DNA of 64,000 nt from an uncultured Verrucomicrobiae bacterium (GCA_963836315.1 CAWIJG010000002.1:1447786-1511785), one strand, 5' to 3'; numbered from the stretch's first letter, positions 20,413 to 30,533 are shown. The notes: a model not told the origin generated them from the sequence alone. Made by a program: numbers and translations.

Positions 20413-22419
20413 CTATACGCGGATCGGCAGCAGGACGAAGGGGAAGCCGGCGCGGTAGAAACGTTTTTGGACGGCGAAGACGGTGTAGTTGTGGAGCCAG
20501 CGCGAGGCGATGGTGTCCTTCGGGAAAACGAGTTGACCGCCGAAAAAGACGCTATTGGGGAATTTCGTGACGATCTTCGGTGCGACCTGCGCCAGTTCTT
20601 CCACGACATCCGTGCCCAGCGAGTAAAAACCTTCGGCATGGTAGCCGTGCTCGCGCATGTAGTCGACGTAATGTTCGAGTTCGTCGAGCACATGGTTGCG
20701 GAGGCTATCGATTTCGTCGGTGCCCTTGAAGTTGCCCGCGTCGACGACGCCGACCTGGACAAAGACGAAGTTTTTGAACACCCCGCCGAACACGCGCATT
20801 ACCCCATACAGCGTGTGAAGACCGAGGCCGTTGAAACCGCTGACGAGAATGATGGCGGTTTTGGCCTTCGGGTTGCACTCGGGCACGGGCTCGGGTGCGT
20901 TGGCATCACTCATACCGGTCTCGGTTGCAGCGGTTTGGACGAGATCGTTGAGACGGCGCAGCAGGTGCCCCGTGTAACGATAGTGGCGGCGGATCAGCAG
21001 CGCCACGACGATCAGGCCGGCGGTCAACACGACCGTGATGGCACCGCCTTCGCGGAACTTGAGGACGGTCATCAGGACGAGGATTGCGCTGCACAAGACG
21101 AGGCCGAGACCGTTGACGAACAATTTCTTGCGGCGATGGTCGACCCCTTTGTCGGTGACCCACCAGTGGCGCACCATGCCGAGTTGGGAGAGAGTGAAGG
21201 TGATGAACACATTGATGCTGTACAAGACCACCAGAAATCTCACCGAGCCACCCGACAACCACATGACCAGGAACGCCGCGAGACCCATGAGCAGAATGCC
21301 ATTCTGCGTCACGAGGCGGTCGCTGAGCGTGGCGAACTTCGTCGGCATCCAGCGGTCAAGCGCCATGTTCGAAAGCACGCGCGGGCCGTCAAGGAAACCC
21401 GCCTGCGCGGCAACGAACAGCAGCAGCGCCTCGGAAATCAACGTCACGAGCACGAACCACCGTGCGCCAGCGCCCCAGTTGGCTGTCAGCGTTTCGAACA
21501 ACACGGCGTTGAGGGTCTTGCCTTCCTGATAGTTCACGTGCAGGAGCAAATAGGCGAACATCAGTCCCGTGGCGGTAAACGCCAGAGAGATGGCCATGTA
21601 CTGCATGGTCCGTTTGCCCGTTTGCACTTTCGGTTCACGCAGGATCGGCAGACCGTTGCTGACGGCTTCGATTCCAGTATACGTGCCCGCGCCCAGGCTG
21701 TAGGCGCGCAGCATCAGCAGAAGCATTCCGAACAACCCGAGTTCGGTGTGGGCCTGCCGGACAGTGTCCGTCGTCGCACTCAGGACTTGGCCGAAATCGC
21801 CCGCGTGCACGACCAGCGCGTACAGGATCACGAAGATGTGGGTGACGACGAAAACCATGAAGATGGGAACTAATGTCACCACCGATTCCTTCACGCCGCG
21901 AAGGTTCAGTACCGTCAGAACCAGCACTCCCGCGATCGCAAAGCTCAGCCGGTACGGGAGCCAACCGGCAGGCAGGAAGCTGAACAACGCATCGGCCCCG
22001 CTGGCAATCGAGATCGTGATCGTCAGCACATAGTCGATGAGTAGCGCGCACCCGGAAACCATGCCGACGGTGGGCGAGAGCAATTTACTCGCGACGAGAT
22101 AGCCGCCGCCGCCGGTCGGAAATAATTCAATGATTTGCGAGTAACTCGCGCTGATGACGAACACTGTCAGGGCTGATGCCAAGCCGATGAAAATGCTAAG
22201 ATAGGGATGCGTCCCCAGCGCCAGGAACGCTTCTTGAGGACCGTAGCAGGATGACGACAAGCCATCGGCGCCAAGTCCCACCCACGCGAAGAACGCGATC
22301 AGGGACAACTTATGGAAGACGGAACGATCATGCGGGCTGAGAGCCCGACCGATGACCAGCGCCCTTACCCGCTCGGGCAGGTTCTTGGGCGATGGTGTGG
22401 AACCTATCTTTTCGTCCAT
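20413..22419 (-). CDS. APC-family permease, KimA/YdaO-like potassium transporter
   Basis: GADGLSSSCYG (KimA TM1 DxLSSxxYG) and TGIEAVSNG (TM6) motifs; about 12 TM segments and a soluble C-terminal domain; preceded by a ydaO-type riboswitch; start set at MDEKIG 22419. Confidence 0.85.
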   Translation of the reverse strand: MDEKIGSTPSPKNLPERVRALVIGRALSPHDRSVFHKLSLIAFFAWVGLGADGLSSSCYGPQEAFLALGTHPYLSIFIGLASALTVFVISASYSQIIELFPTGGGGYLVASKLLSPTVGMVSGCALLIDYVLTITISIASGADALFSFLPAGWLPYRLSFAIAGVLVLTVLNLRGVKESVVTLVPIFMVFVVTHIFVILYALVVHAGDFGQVLSATTDTVRQAHTELGLFGMLLLMLRAYSLGAGTYTGIEAVSNGLPILREPKVQTGKRTMQYMAISLAFTATGLMFAYLLLHVNYQEGKTLNAVLFETLTANWGAGARWFVLVTLISEALLLFVAAQAGFLDGPRVLSNMALDRWMPTKFATLSDRLVTQNGILLMGLAAFLVMWLSGGSVRFLVVLYSINVFITFTLSQLGMVRHWWVTDKGVDHRRKKLFVNGLGLVLCSAILVLMTVLKFREGGAITVVLTAGLIVVALLIRRHYRYTGHLLRRLNDLVQTAATETGMSDANAPEPVPECNPKAKTAIILVSGFNGLGLHTLYGVMRVFGGVFKNFVFVQVGVVDAGNFKGTDEIDSLRNHVLDELEHYVDYMREHGYHAEGFYSLGTDVVEELAQVAPKIVTKFPNSVFFGGQLVFPKDTIASRWLHNYTVFAVQKRFYRAGFPFVLLPIRV

Positions 22420-22495
22420 AGCGGCCCGCCCCACGACCGCATACATCGCGGCAACCTCGAACGAGAGACCGAGTTATCCATCGTGCAGTTCAAGT

Positions 22496-22635
22496 TTCCT
22501 CTTATTCGACTACGAGGTTGGCTGACGGGCTCAGGCCGAGAAGAATAAGATCGCCCGTTCCAACTCAATGTCCGGAATCCGCCCGAACAACCCGCGTCCC
22601 CATTTCGTGCAACGGGCATATGGATTCGGAAATGA
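22496..22635 (-). ncRNA. c-di-AMP riboswitch (ydaO/yuaA class)
   Basis: Minus strand reads CCGAATCC...GGGGACGC...GGGCGGATTC...GGGCGATCTT...GAGCCCGTCAGCCAACCTCGTAG, matching the conserved 5' and 3' blocks of ydaO; it sits in the leader of a KimA homolog. Confidence 0.85.
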
Positions 22636-22642
22636 ACGTGCG

Positions 22643-22670
22643 AGCATAGCACAGCGGGCCCGCGAGTCAA
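22643..22670 (-). promoter_or_regulatory. sigma70 promoter for the riboswitch-kimA transcript
   Basis: Minus strand TTGACT-N16-TATGCT immediately upstream of the riboswitch 5' end. Confidence 0.7.
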
Positions 22671-22773
22671 TGCAAGCAACAGCTTGTCAATCAGGTAATC
22701 GCTCCAGATGGAGACTCATCCCTCATTCATTTGCCCGGGCCGGGGGGAGACGTGATCGGCGACGAGTCTTCGC

Positions 22774-23115
<342 letters not shown>

Positions 23116-23244
23116 CTATTGCCAGCCTGCACAGGATCGCCATCACAGATGGCGCCGAGATGACAATCCCTGCGGCCTGAGCATACTGGCCCTGGCAGAA
23201 CGCTGGGTTGCGTCGCTACCAGGGCCACGATGCGTTGTGTCATG

Positions 23245-24537
23245 TCAGAACAGATAGGCTACGCCTACGCCAAGCGTGAACTGGTCGCGGATGCCATTGT
23301 AGGTGCCGGCCTTGTCCGAGTGGTCCCAGCGAACCTCCGGGCGTACCTGGAAGTTGTCCACGGGCTTCAAGTTCAGCGTCAGTGTGGAACTGTAAAGCTC
23401 TGGAGTGTCGCCAACCGGGAGGCCGAACGTGGCACCAGTGCGGCTGCCTTTCCTGTCCCTCAAGAAATCCTGGCGGAATGCCAGTTCAACCTTGTCGGTG
23501 AAGTCATACAGCAACCACGCGCCGGCCGCATACCATTCCGCATCGGACTGTGTGGTACCGTCGGAAAGAAAGGCGTTTTCTTCGTGACCGTAATCAACCT
23601 GAACATAGCTGTTGAACTTATCAGTGAACTTGTGATTGACGACGGCCTCGACACCGTCACGCCAGTTGCCGGTCGCGCCGGCCCCAGCGGGAGGAACTGT
23701 CTGTTCGGGGCCGCCGTAGCCGAGCACGGCAACCGTTGTATTGGAATCCACCGCATAGCCGACACGGCCCATGTAGGACATGCCGAAGTTGTTGTCGGGC
23801 AATTGGTCCCAACCGTTGAACACCACAAACTCGGTGTCGAGCTTGTCATTCCACTGATAGGCCAATTGGACGCCGGTCTGCGTGAAGTTCTCGACGAACA
23901 GGAATTGGTTCCCTTCCGAGAAGTTCGGGTTCGACACCTGCTCAATGACTTCCACGCCCATCAGGGTCACGGTCTTGCCGAGGATGACCTTCAAGCCGTT
24001 GCCGACCGGAACGTTGACGTCGACAAACGCCTGCTCCAGATCACCATCCGTCCCCAAGTTGAAGCCTGAAGAGTGGATGACGCTTGCATCTTGACCGAAA
24101 ACCAGGTCGGCGCGATATCCAATGGCCCAGTTGGTCGGATTGTAACTGATCGGCTTCTCCAAGGCCAATTTGAAGTCGTCAACCGTGAATTGATTGGCGT
24201 GTGTGTCGAATGTTCGACCAACGATCGTGTGCGTGCCTTTCGTGTCGTTGAAGTCATACATGTAGGAAGCTTCCATGAACCCGCTAATCTCCGTCTGGCC
24301 GAGGAAATCCAGCGACTTCTGCGGAATGTCCGACTTGGCTACCGCAAGATTCTGCGTGCTGTTGGCTTCCAAGGCGGAAACCCGCTTTTCCAAGTCGTCG
24401 CTGCGCTTTTTCTGTTCCTCATAGAGCGTCTTATAGTCCCCCTCGTCCGCATGGACGACAGGAACTCCTCTCGCCATCAACACCGCCGCCGCCACACACA
24501 TCCATACGGCTTTGAGTTTATTGATCCTCACCGTCAT
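23245..24537 (-). CDS. Outer-membrane beta-barrel porin (BBP2/OmpL-like)
   Basis: Signal peptide, short coiled coil, alternating beta-strands, LMGVEVIE..NPNFS, VRPEVRWD, C-terminal aromatic YLF. Confidence 0.8.
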   Translation of the reverse strand: MTVRINKLKAVWMCVAAAVLMARGVPVVHADEGDYKTLYEEQKKRSDDLEKRVSALEANSTQNLAVAKSDIPQKSLDFLGQTEISGFMEASYMYDFNDTKGTHTIVGRTFDTHANQFTVDDFKLALEKPISYNPTNWAIGYRADLVFGQDASVIHSSGFNLGTDGDLEQAFVDVNVPVGNGLKVILGKTVTLMGVEVIEQVSNPNFSEGNQFLFVENFTQTGVQLAYQWNDKLDTEFVVFNGWDQLPDNNFGMSYMGRVGYAVDSNTTVAVLGYGGPEQTVPPAGAGATGNWRDGVEAVVNHKFTDKFNSYVQVDYGHEENAFLSDGTTQSDAEWYAAGAWLLYDFTDKVELAFRQDFLRDRKGSRTGATFGLPVGDTPELYSSTLTLNLKPVDNFQVRPEVRWDHSDKAGTYNGIRDQFTLGVGVAYLF

Positions 24538-24714
24538 GTCCTCCGTTTATTGTGGGTTTTTTTTATGTTGGTCTCGTGAACTGCGCGTACTATTCGAATC
24601 TAACAACTCCGACTCGGGTGCGTTGAATTAAAACACTACCGAAACCCGCTAACAAGCCGTCAACACATTTTCGTGGCTTCCCCTCACAACACGCCTCGCA
24701 TGGCCGTGATCGTT

Positions 24715-24730
24715 TGCAGGCGCTGTGCCA
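24715..24730 (-). promoter_or_regulatory. sigma54 (-24/-12) promoter for porin-glnB
   Basis: Minus strand TGGCAC-AGCGC-CTGCA, with correct GG-N10-GC spacing. Confidence 0.7.
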
Positions 24731-24818
24731 CGGGATTGTCGCAAAGGCGCAACCGGCTGTTTTTCAGCTAGTTACGCTTATTCGACAGCTTCGGTTTTCC
24801 TTGGCGCTTCGCTCTTTG

Positions 24819-24835
24819 TTGACCAGTGTGGTCAA
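24819..24835. promoter_or_regulatory. NtrC-like upstream activator site
   Basis: Perfect palindrome TTGACCA-GTG-TGGTCAA (ACCA-N3-TGGT core as in NtrC boxes), about 90-105 bp upstream of the -24 element. Confidence 0.55.
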
Positions 24836-24937
24836 TTCGAAACAACGCCACGCGTCAGCGGCGTAAGTTCGATACTCAATAGAATCGGCTTTTCTTTCGT
24901 CTGGAATTTCGCAGCGTATTCGTTCAGATTGAACGAT

Positions 24938-24995
24938 GGTGATGGGGTTCGCCTGCAACTGCCCCCGCGATGACGGGGCGCTAATGACTCCTACC
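24938..24995 (+). ncRNA. Fluoride riboswitch (crcB motif)
   Basis: GGTGATGGGGTTCGCC...GCTAATGACTCCTAC with an internal GCCCC/GGGGC stem, directly upstream of crcB. Confidence 0.92.
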
Positions 24996-25012
24996 ACGGT
25001 TGAGGGGATGCG

Positions 25013-25441
25013 ATGGTCAGATTCTGGTTGTTGGTATTTGGCGGAGCACTTGGCACCCTGGCCCGGTACGGGCTTAACGGAGTCATCTCCGAGCATCAGT
25101 CGAAACACTTCCCGGTGGCGGTGGTCTTCCCGCTCGGCACCCTCGTCGTCAATGTCAGCGGTTGCTTCGCCATCGGCGTCATCGCGGCGGTGAGCGGACC
25201 CGCCACGGGACGCGCCTGGCTCAAGCCCGAATGGCGCGACTTCCTTATGGTCGGTTTCTGCGGCGGCTACACCACGTTTTCCAGCTACGGACTGCAAACA
25301 CTCAACCTTGCCCGGGATGGCGAGTGGCTCGCGGTCACGCTCAATATCGTTGGCTCGAACGTGCTCGGCTTGCTCGCCGTCTATCTCGGCTGGGTCTGTG
25401 GTCGCGCGCTTCAGGCGAAACTCCATGGAGGTGCATTGTGA
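25013..25441 (+). CDS. crcB: Fluoride efflux channel Fluc/CrcB
   Basis: GGALGTLARY, FPLGTLVVNVSGCF, GFCGGYTTFSSY. Confidence 0.96.
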   Translation: MVRFWLLVFGGALGTLARYGLNGVISEHQSKHFPVAVVFPLGTLVVNVSGCFAIGVIAAVSGPATGRAWLKPEWRDFLMVGFCGGYTTFSSYGLQTLNLARDGEWLAVTLNIVGSNVLGLLAVYLGWVCGRALQAKLHGGAL

Positions 25442-25779
25442 AACTCGAAGGCGAAGGCTCTCTCCTGCGCATTTATCTCGGCGAACAGGACAAATGGCAT
25501 CATCAACCCCTCTACGAGGCGATTGTGCTCAAGGCCCGCGAAATGGGCCTCGCGGGCGCGACTGTCCTCCGCGGCCCGATGGGGTTTGGCGCCAATTCGC
25601 ATCTGCATACCGCGAAGATTCTCCGGCTCAGCGAAGACCTGCCCGTGTTGATCGAGATCGTTGACAAACAAGACCGGATCGACGCGTTCCTCCCCGAACT
25701 CGACAAGATGATGGGCGACGGCCTCGTCACACTTGAGAAAGTGCACATCATCCGCTATCGTGGTACTGGACCGGCCTGA
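25438..25779 (+). CDS. DUF190 family (P-II-like) protein
   Basis: GTG start overlapping the crcB stop; LRIYLGEQDKWHHQPLYEAIV, GATVLRGPMGFG, SEDLPVLIEIVD. Confidence 0.9.
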   Translation: MKLEGEGSLLRIYLGEQDKWHHQPLYEAIVLKAREMGLAGATVLRGPMGFGANSHLHTAKILRLSEDLPVLIEIVDKQDRIDAFLPELDKMMGDGLVTLEKVHIIRYRGTGPA

Positions 25780-25792
25780 TTCCGTTGCTTCC

Positions 25793-26080
25793 ATGCGACT
25801 GCAATATCGCGATGACAATACATCCGTTGCTTTTCGACTGAGCGCATCACATGCGCAACATGTTTCGTTGGTCGTCCGCCTGGCCAGGGGCGACAAAACA
25901 ATGACTCGCGGCATGCGCAAAGGCATCGATGGCGTCTGGCATGCCAAAGTGGAATTGACTCGCGGACGCCATATGTATCGCTTTCTTGTGGACAACGCGC
26001 CCACGCTCGACCCCGCATCCCGCGGTGACATCACCGACGAACACGGTGCCGTGTGGAGCACGTGCGAAGTTGGCCATTGA
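25793..26080 (+). CDS. Small CBM48/AMPK-beta-like glycogen-binding domain protein
   Basis: VAFRL..HAQHVSLV...MRKGIDGVWHAKVEL.RGRHMYRFLVD..PTLDP pattern. Confidence 0.7.
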   Translation: MRLQYRDDNTSVAFRLSASHAQHVSLVVRLARGDKTMTRGMRKGIDGVWHAKVELTRGRHMYRFLVDNAPTLDPASRGDITDEHGAVWSTCEVGH

Positions 26081-26097
26081 GTCGCCATGTTGCTCGA

Positions 26098-27132
26098 TCA
26101 TGCCCGACCGGACCGCAATGAGGCTTCGAGTTGCTGCAGATCTTTGGGCAGTGCGGCGATCCACGTCATCCGGACACCGGGCTTGTCGGGATGCTCCAGA
26201 CCCAGGATTTCAGCGTGCAACGCCTGGCGCGGAAAATCGATGCGCGCGGTTTTCGGCGCCTCGCTGTGATACTTCGGGTGATACGTTCGATCCCCCACCA
26301 ACGGCAGACCCGCATGGGCAGCCTGTGCGCGAATCTGATGTTTGCGCCCGGTCTCCAGCCGCAACCGCAATTTGGTGACGATCTTCTGGTTGCCGGCCAT
26401 CGGGAACTGCGCGATCACCTCGTAGTGCGTGATGGCCTCCAGCGCCTCGGCTTTGGCGTCCCTGGCTTCCGCATCGGTGATGACGAACTGGCGCAGTTGG
26501 TCCGCGCTGAGCTTTAGCCAATTCCGCCATGTGCCCTGGGATTGTTGCGGCCGGCCTTCCACATAGGCCACATATTCCCGTTTCATCGTGTGCAACTTCA
26601 ATTGGTCGATGAGCCGTTGCCGCGCCGCCGGATTCATCCCCATGCAAAATACGCCGCTGGTGTACTGGTCGAGCCGATGCACGGGCAAGGGTTCCAACAA
26701 GCGATACGCGGGTGGCAACGAACGCCCGTGGCCGGGCAGGCCGCGGTTCTGGGCGCGCAGTTTGCCCGCCAGAAAATCCGCGAGGATGCTGAGAGCCGAC
26801 AGATCGCAGTTGTCCGCCGGCACCGAGATCAAGCCCGGCCCCTTGTTCACCACGGCCAGCGCGGTATCGAGATGGAGAACCGCCACCCGCGGATGAATCC
26901 GCCACCCGCCCGGCCCGCAATCCAACGCCGTGGCATGTCGGCCCAGCAATTCCAGCGTGTCCTGCGGATCGGGCATCGCTCGATTCGGCTGGCGAATGAC
27001 CACGCCCTTGACGCTCACGCGCCCCGCCAGAATCCATTGCTTGGCGCGCTTCTTCGGCGTGTCCGGATGCTTCTGCAGCAACCACTCCAGCAGTGGCCGG
27101 GCTTTGTTCCCGGTGGTATCTCCGAGCGTCAT
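26098..27132 (-). CDS. RluA/RluD-family pseudouridine synthase with S4 domain
   Basis: VVNKGPGL, VHRLDQYTSG (catalytic Asp), LETGRKHQIRAQ, LVGDRTY, RQALHA; start set at 27132. Confidence 0.92.
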   Translation of the reverse strand: MTLGDTTGNKARPLLEWLLQKHPDTPKKRAKQWILAGRVSVKGVVIRQPNRAMPDPQDTLELLGRHATALDCGPGGWRIHPRVAVLHLDTALAVVNKGPGLISVPADNCDLSALSILADFLAGKLRAQNRGLPGHGRSLPPAYRLLEPLPVHRLDQYTSGVFCMGMNPAARQRLIDQLKLHTMKREYVAYVEGRPQQSQGTWRNWLKLSADQLRQFVITDAEARDAKAEALEAITHYEVIAQFPMAGNQKIVTKLRLRLETGRKHQIRAQAAHAGLPLVGDRTYHPKYHSEAPKTARIDFPRQALHAEILGLEHPDKPGVRMTWIAALPKDLQQLEASLRSGRA

Positions 27133-27228
27133 GCTGTAGGGCAACATGAGACATGACACGGGGAAGGTCAATCCGATCCGGCGGGACAAAACGGCTTTGC
27201 CAATCCGGCCGCGGAGGTATAATGAGTC

Positions 27229-28285
27229 ATGAGCGATAGTCCGGCACCGGAAGGAATCCCCGTTTCCCCGCACCAGCGGCGACCGCGCTATTCCGGAAAG
27301 AACCCGCGGCGTTTCGACGAGAAATACAAGGAGCGGGATCCGGAGCGTTACCCCGAAACGGTTGCGAAAGTGCTCGCCTCCGGCAAGACGCCGGCAGGCA
27401 CGCACCGACCCATCATGGTCGCGGAGATTCTCGAGGTGCTGCATCCGCAGCCGGGTGAAGTGGCCGCGGATTGCACCCTGGGCTACGGCGGTCACGCCCG
27501 TGAACTGCTGGCCAGGTTGCAGCCCGGCGGACGCCTCATCGGGCTCGACGTCGATCCCGTCGAGTTGCCCAAAGCCGAGGCGCGGATGCGTGCCAGTGGG
27601 TTGGGTCCGGAAATTTTCGTGGCGCACCGCAGCAATTTTGCCGGCCTGCCGAAAATCCTCGCTGTCGAACAACTCTCCGGAGTCGACCTGATCCTCGCGG
27701 ATCTTGGCGTATCTTCCATGCAACTCGACGATCCGCCCCGCGGTTTCTCGGTCAAGTTCGAAGGACCGCTCGACATGCGGATGAACCCGCGGCGCGGTCA
27801 GCCCGCGTCCGCGCTGCTGGAAAGAATCAGCGCCGACGCCCTTGCCATCCTGTTGGCGGAGAATGCCGACGAACCGCACGCCCGGCTCCTGGCCGGCGTC
27901 CTCGCGGGCCGCACGCTTCCCACGACGACCGCGCTGACCAATGCCGTCCACCGCGCCCTGTTGCGGGCGGCAACGGACAGACGAGCGCGACGACTCCATC
28001 CGTCGCGTCTTTCAGGCGTTGCGCATCGCCGTGAACGACGAATTCTCCGCCCTCGACAGCTTCCTGCGAAATCTCCCGGTTTGTCTCAACCCCGGCGGAC
28101 GCGTCGCCATCCTGACGTTCCACTCCGGCGAAGACCGCCGCGTGAAGAAAGCCTTTGAAGCCGGCCTGCGCGACGGGATCTACGCCGACATCGCCCGCGA
28201 AGTCATCCGCCCCACGCCCGCCGAACGCCACGACAATCCGCGTTCCGCCTCCGCCAAGCTTCGCTGGGCGCGCAAAGCGGATTGA
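27229..28285 (+). CDS. rsmH: 16S rRNA m4C1402 methyltransferase RsmH-family paralog, frameshift near 27970
   Basis: HRPIMVAE, DCTLGYGGH, DLGVSSMQLD, GPLDMRM in the first frame; RVFQALRIAVNDE, ILTFHSGEDRRVK, NPRSASAKLR in the second frame (27941..28285). Confidence 0.9.
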
Positions 28286-28296
28286 CGGTGGGGGGA

Positions 28297-29526
28297 TCAT
28301 TCGCGCGCCATGGCGCCGCCAGCAATCCAGCCGGTCGTCCACGCCGCCTGGAAATTGAAACCGCCGGTGATGCCGTCAATGTCCAGCAGTTCACCGGCGA
28401 AATAAAGGCCCGGGCAGACCCGGCTTTGCATCGTCCGGAAATTCACCTCGCTCAGGCGCACGCCGCCGCAGGTCACAAACTCCTCCTTGTTCAGGCTCTT
28501 GCCGGTCACCGGCAATTCCGTCCGGATCAATTGCTGGAGCAGGCTGTGCTGCGCGGAACGCGTGATCACGCCCCAGCGCGTATCCCGCTTCACGCCCGCG
28601 GCCAGGACCAATTGTTCCCACAGCCGCGCCGGCAATGGCGGGATCGGCGTATTCACCACCAGCCGGGCTGGCTGCTGGCTGCGACGCCACTGAAGCTCGG
28701 TCGCAATCTCTTCCTGGTCGAGCTTCGGCAGCCAGTGCACGTGCAGCGGAAACCGGTAGTCGCGATCATGCAACACCCGCGCCCCCCACGCCGAAAGACG
28801 CAGGATCACCGGGCCGCTCAGTCCCGAGTGCGTCACCAGCAACGCGCCGCGCTCCCGCAACTCCGTGTCCGGAACCGAGGCGTCCACCGATTCGACCGAG
28901 ATCCCCGCCAGTTCCCGCAGCCACGGCGTCTCCAGTTGAAACGTGAACAACGATGGCACCGGCGGCTCCAGCGTATGCCCGAGCGACACCGCCACGTCAC
29001 CGGCGGCCGCCGTCCGGCATCCTCCCGTGGCCAATAACAGCCGGTCACAGAACAGCGTCTCGCCGTTGGTTGGCGTCAGGTCGAAACCGCCTTCCGCGCG
29101 ACGGGCGACCCGCTCCACCCGACACGCCGTCCGCAACGTCACGCCCGCCGCTTTGGCCGCGCTCACCAGACAATCGATGATCGTCTGCGACGAATTGCTG
29201 AGCGGGAACATCCGTCCATCGCATTCGGCGTTGAGCTTCACGCCCCGGGCCGCAAACCAGGCGACGGTATCGCGTGCTTGGAATCGTTGAAACGGTCCGA
29301 TCAACTCCTTTTCGCCCCGGGGGAATCTCGTGGCAAAATCCCGGGGATCGAAACACTTGTGCGTCACGTTGCAGCGTCCACCGCCGGAAATCCGGACCTT
29401 GGAAAGAAACTCCGCGCCCCGCTCCAGGATGGTGACCTTGGCATCCGGCAACGCTTCCGCGCACGTGATGGCCGCAAAAAACCCCGCCGCGCCGCCGCCG
29501 ACCACGATGATTTGTCGTGAACTCAT
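28297..29526 (-). CDS. HI0933/YhiN (BaiN-like) flavoprotein
   Basis: GGGAAGFFAA, KVRISGGGRCNVT, GRMFP, VTCGGV, LYFAGELLDIDGITGGFNFQAAWTTG. Confidence 0.93.
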   Translation of the reverse strand: MSSRQIIVVGGGAAGFFAAITCAEALPDAKVTILERGAEFLSKVRISGGGRCNVTHKCFDPRDFATRFPRGEKELIGPFQRFQARDTVAWFAARGVKLNAECDGRMFPLSNSSQTIIDCLVSAAKAAGVTLRTACRVERVARRAEGGFDLTPTNGETLFCDRLLLATGGCRTAAAGDVAVSLGHTLEPPVPSLFTFQLETPWLRELAGISVESVDASVPDTELRERGALLVTHSGLSGPVILRLSAWGARVLHDRDYRFPLHVHWLPKLDQEEIATELQWRRSQQPARLVVNTPIPPLPARLWEQLVLAAGVKRDTRWGVITRSAQHSLLQQLIRTELPVTGKSLNKEEFVTCGGVRLSEVNFRTMQSRVCPGLYFAGELLDIDGITGGFNFQAAWTTGWIAGGAMARE

Positions 29527-29537
29527 GGGAATCCAGT

Positions 29538-29837
29538 TCAGGGATACGGCAACACGCGACGACGCGCGGAATCGGCCTGCGCGCGATATAAAATCGCCAC
29601 ATGGCCGACGATCCAGACCAGTTCGCTGTTCGTGCGTGCCGCCATCTCGGCGGCGAGGGATTTCTTCTCTTCCTTGAACGCGGTGAACTTGATCTTGATC
29701 AGTTCGTGATCGCTTAGCGCCTGCTCGACTGCCGCCAACAACTCGTCAGTCACGCCCGCTTTGCCGACGTACACAACGGGTTCCAGCCGCTGCGCCAGCG
29801 ATTTCAACTTGCTAATTTGTTTGTTCGACAAGCTCAT
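29538..29837 (-). CDS. yhbY: YhbY/CRM-domain RNA-binding protein
   Basis: LKSLAQRLEPVVYVGKAGVT, ALSDHELIKIKF, IVGHVAILYR. Confidence 0.93.
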   Translation of the reverse strand: MSLSNKQISKLKSLAQRLEPVVYVGKAGVTDELLAAVEQALSDHELIKIKFTAFKEEKKSLAAEMAARTNSELVWIVGHVAILYRAQADSARRRVLPYP

Positions 29838-29914
29838 AAGTCACATCCAGCATGGAACCGCGTCTGCTCAACGTCAACGGGAATAGCCCCACGAGAGCCG
29901 AGCAGCCTTTCGGT

Positions 29915-30245
29915 ACCCCCAAATTGGGTTTGTTCTGGCTTTGTGCCAAAAACCACCCTCCCGGGGCTGTTTTCCAGCATTTATTTCCCGTTTTTTGCCT
30001 CTTTTTGCAAAACGAACCCAACTCTGTATTTTTTCTCAACCTATTCATTCCAAGACGCTTCCAGGTTTTTCAGTTGGGTTCGTTTGGCAGAAACACTCTT
30101 TTCTATAGAGGGCTTCCTGCCCGTCGTCATGTCTTCGGCCTTCCCGCATGTCTCTATGATCCATGCTCACACCCCAATTCTCCCACACTTCCTGAAAACT
30201 CGTTAGTGCACTTTGGAAGGTTTGGAAGGTTTGGAAGCTTTTTTC
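29915..30245. repeat. CGAACCCAAC inverted-repeat element, copy A (inverted relative to B and C)
   Basis: 29947-30120 is the reverse complement of about 45645-45826; 30165-30245 matches about 45311-45395, including (TTTGGAAGG)x2-TTTGGAAGC. IR at 30013-30022 and 30073-30082. Confidence 0.9.
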
Positions 30246-30437
30246 ATTGTGAGGTTTGGAGCCGAGCCGCTGGGAGCGGCGGAGCCGAGTCGGACGAGAC
30301 GCCGTCGCGGCAAACGCAACACCGAAGGTGGCCCGAAGGGCGAGCCGAGCGGGAGCGAGCGAGTGCAACGTTTGGAAGCTTTTCTTGGCTGTGACGCGCG
30401 CCACTCCGGCGGTGTTTGAGAAACGTGTTTTGGGGTA

Positions 30438-30468
30438 TTGACCCGTCTATCGCTTCACAGTTTAGGGT
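30438..30468 (+). promoter_or_regulatory. MerR-type promoter with 19-bp spacer
   Basis: TTGACC (30438-43), 19 nt, TAGGGT (30463-68), upstream of the mini-domain gene and merR. Confidence 0.6.
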
Positions 30469-30533
30469 TTGCATCGTGATGGCCATCATGGCGACCGAAA
30501 CAACAACATCGAACGATTGAAAGGAAGCGGCCA

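Noticed and set aside
20401-21873. 490-aa plus-strand ORF
   Set aside because: Antisense shadow of the KimA-like gene.
27950-27990. Programmed ribosomal frameshift in rsmH (or in the other split genes)
   Set aside because: No slippery heptamer or stimulatory element was seen, and many unrelated genes are affected; error or decay is simpler.
27133-27999. N-terminal 289-aa extension of the 633-aa RluA ORF
   Set aside because: It overlaps rsmH on the opposite strand; RluA/S4 homology begins only near 27132.
29852-30404. ORFs containing KNHPPGAVFQH and KTNPT peptides (also at 45415-45995)
   Set aside because: They arise from the shared DNA element; the copies differ by frame-breaking indels, so protein coding is not conserved.
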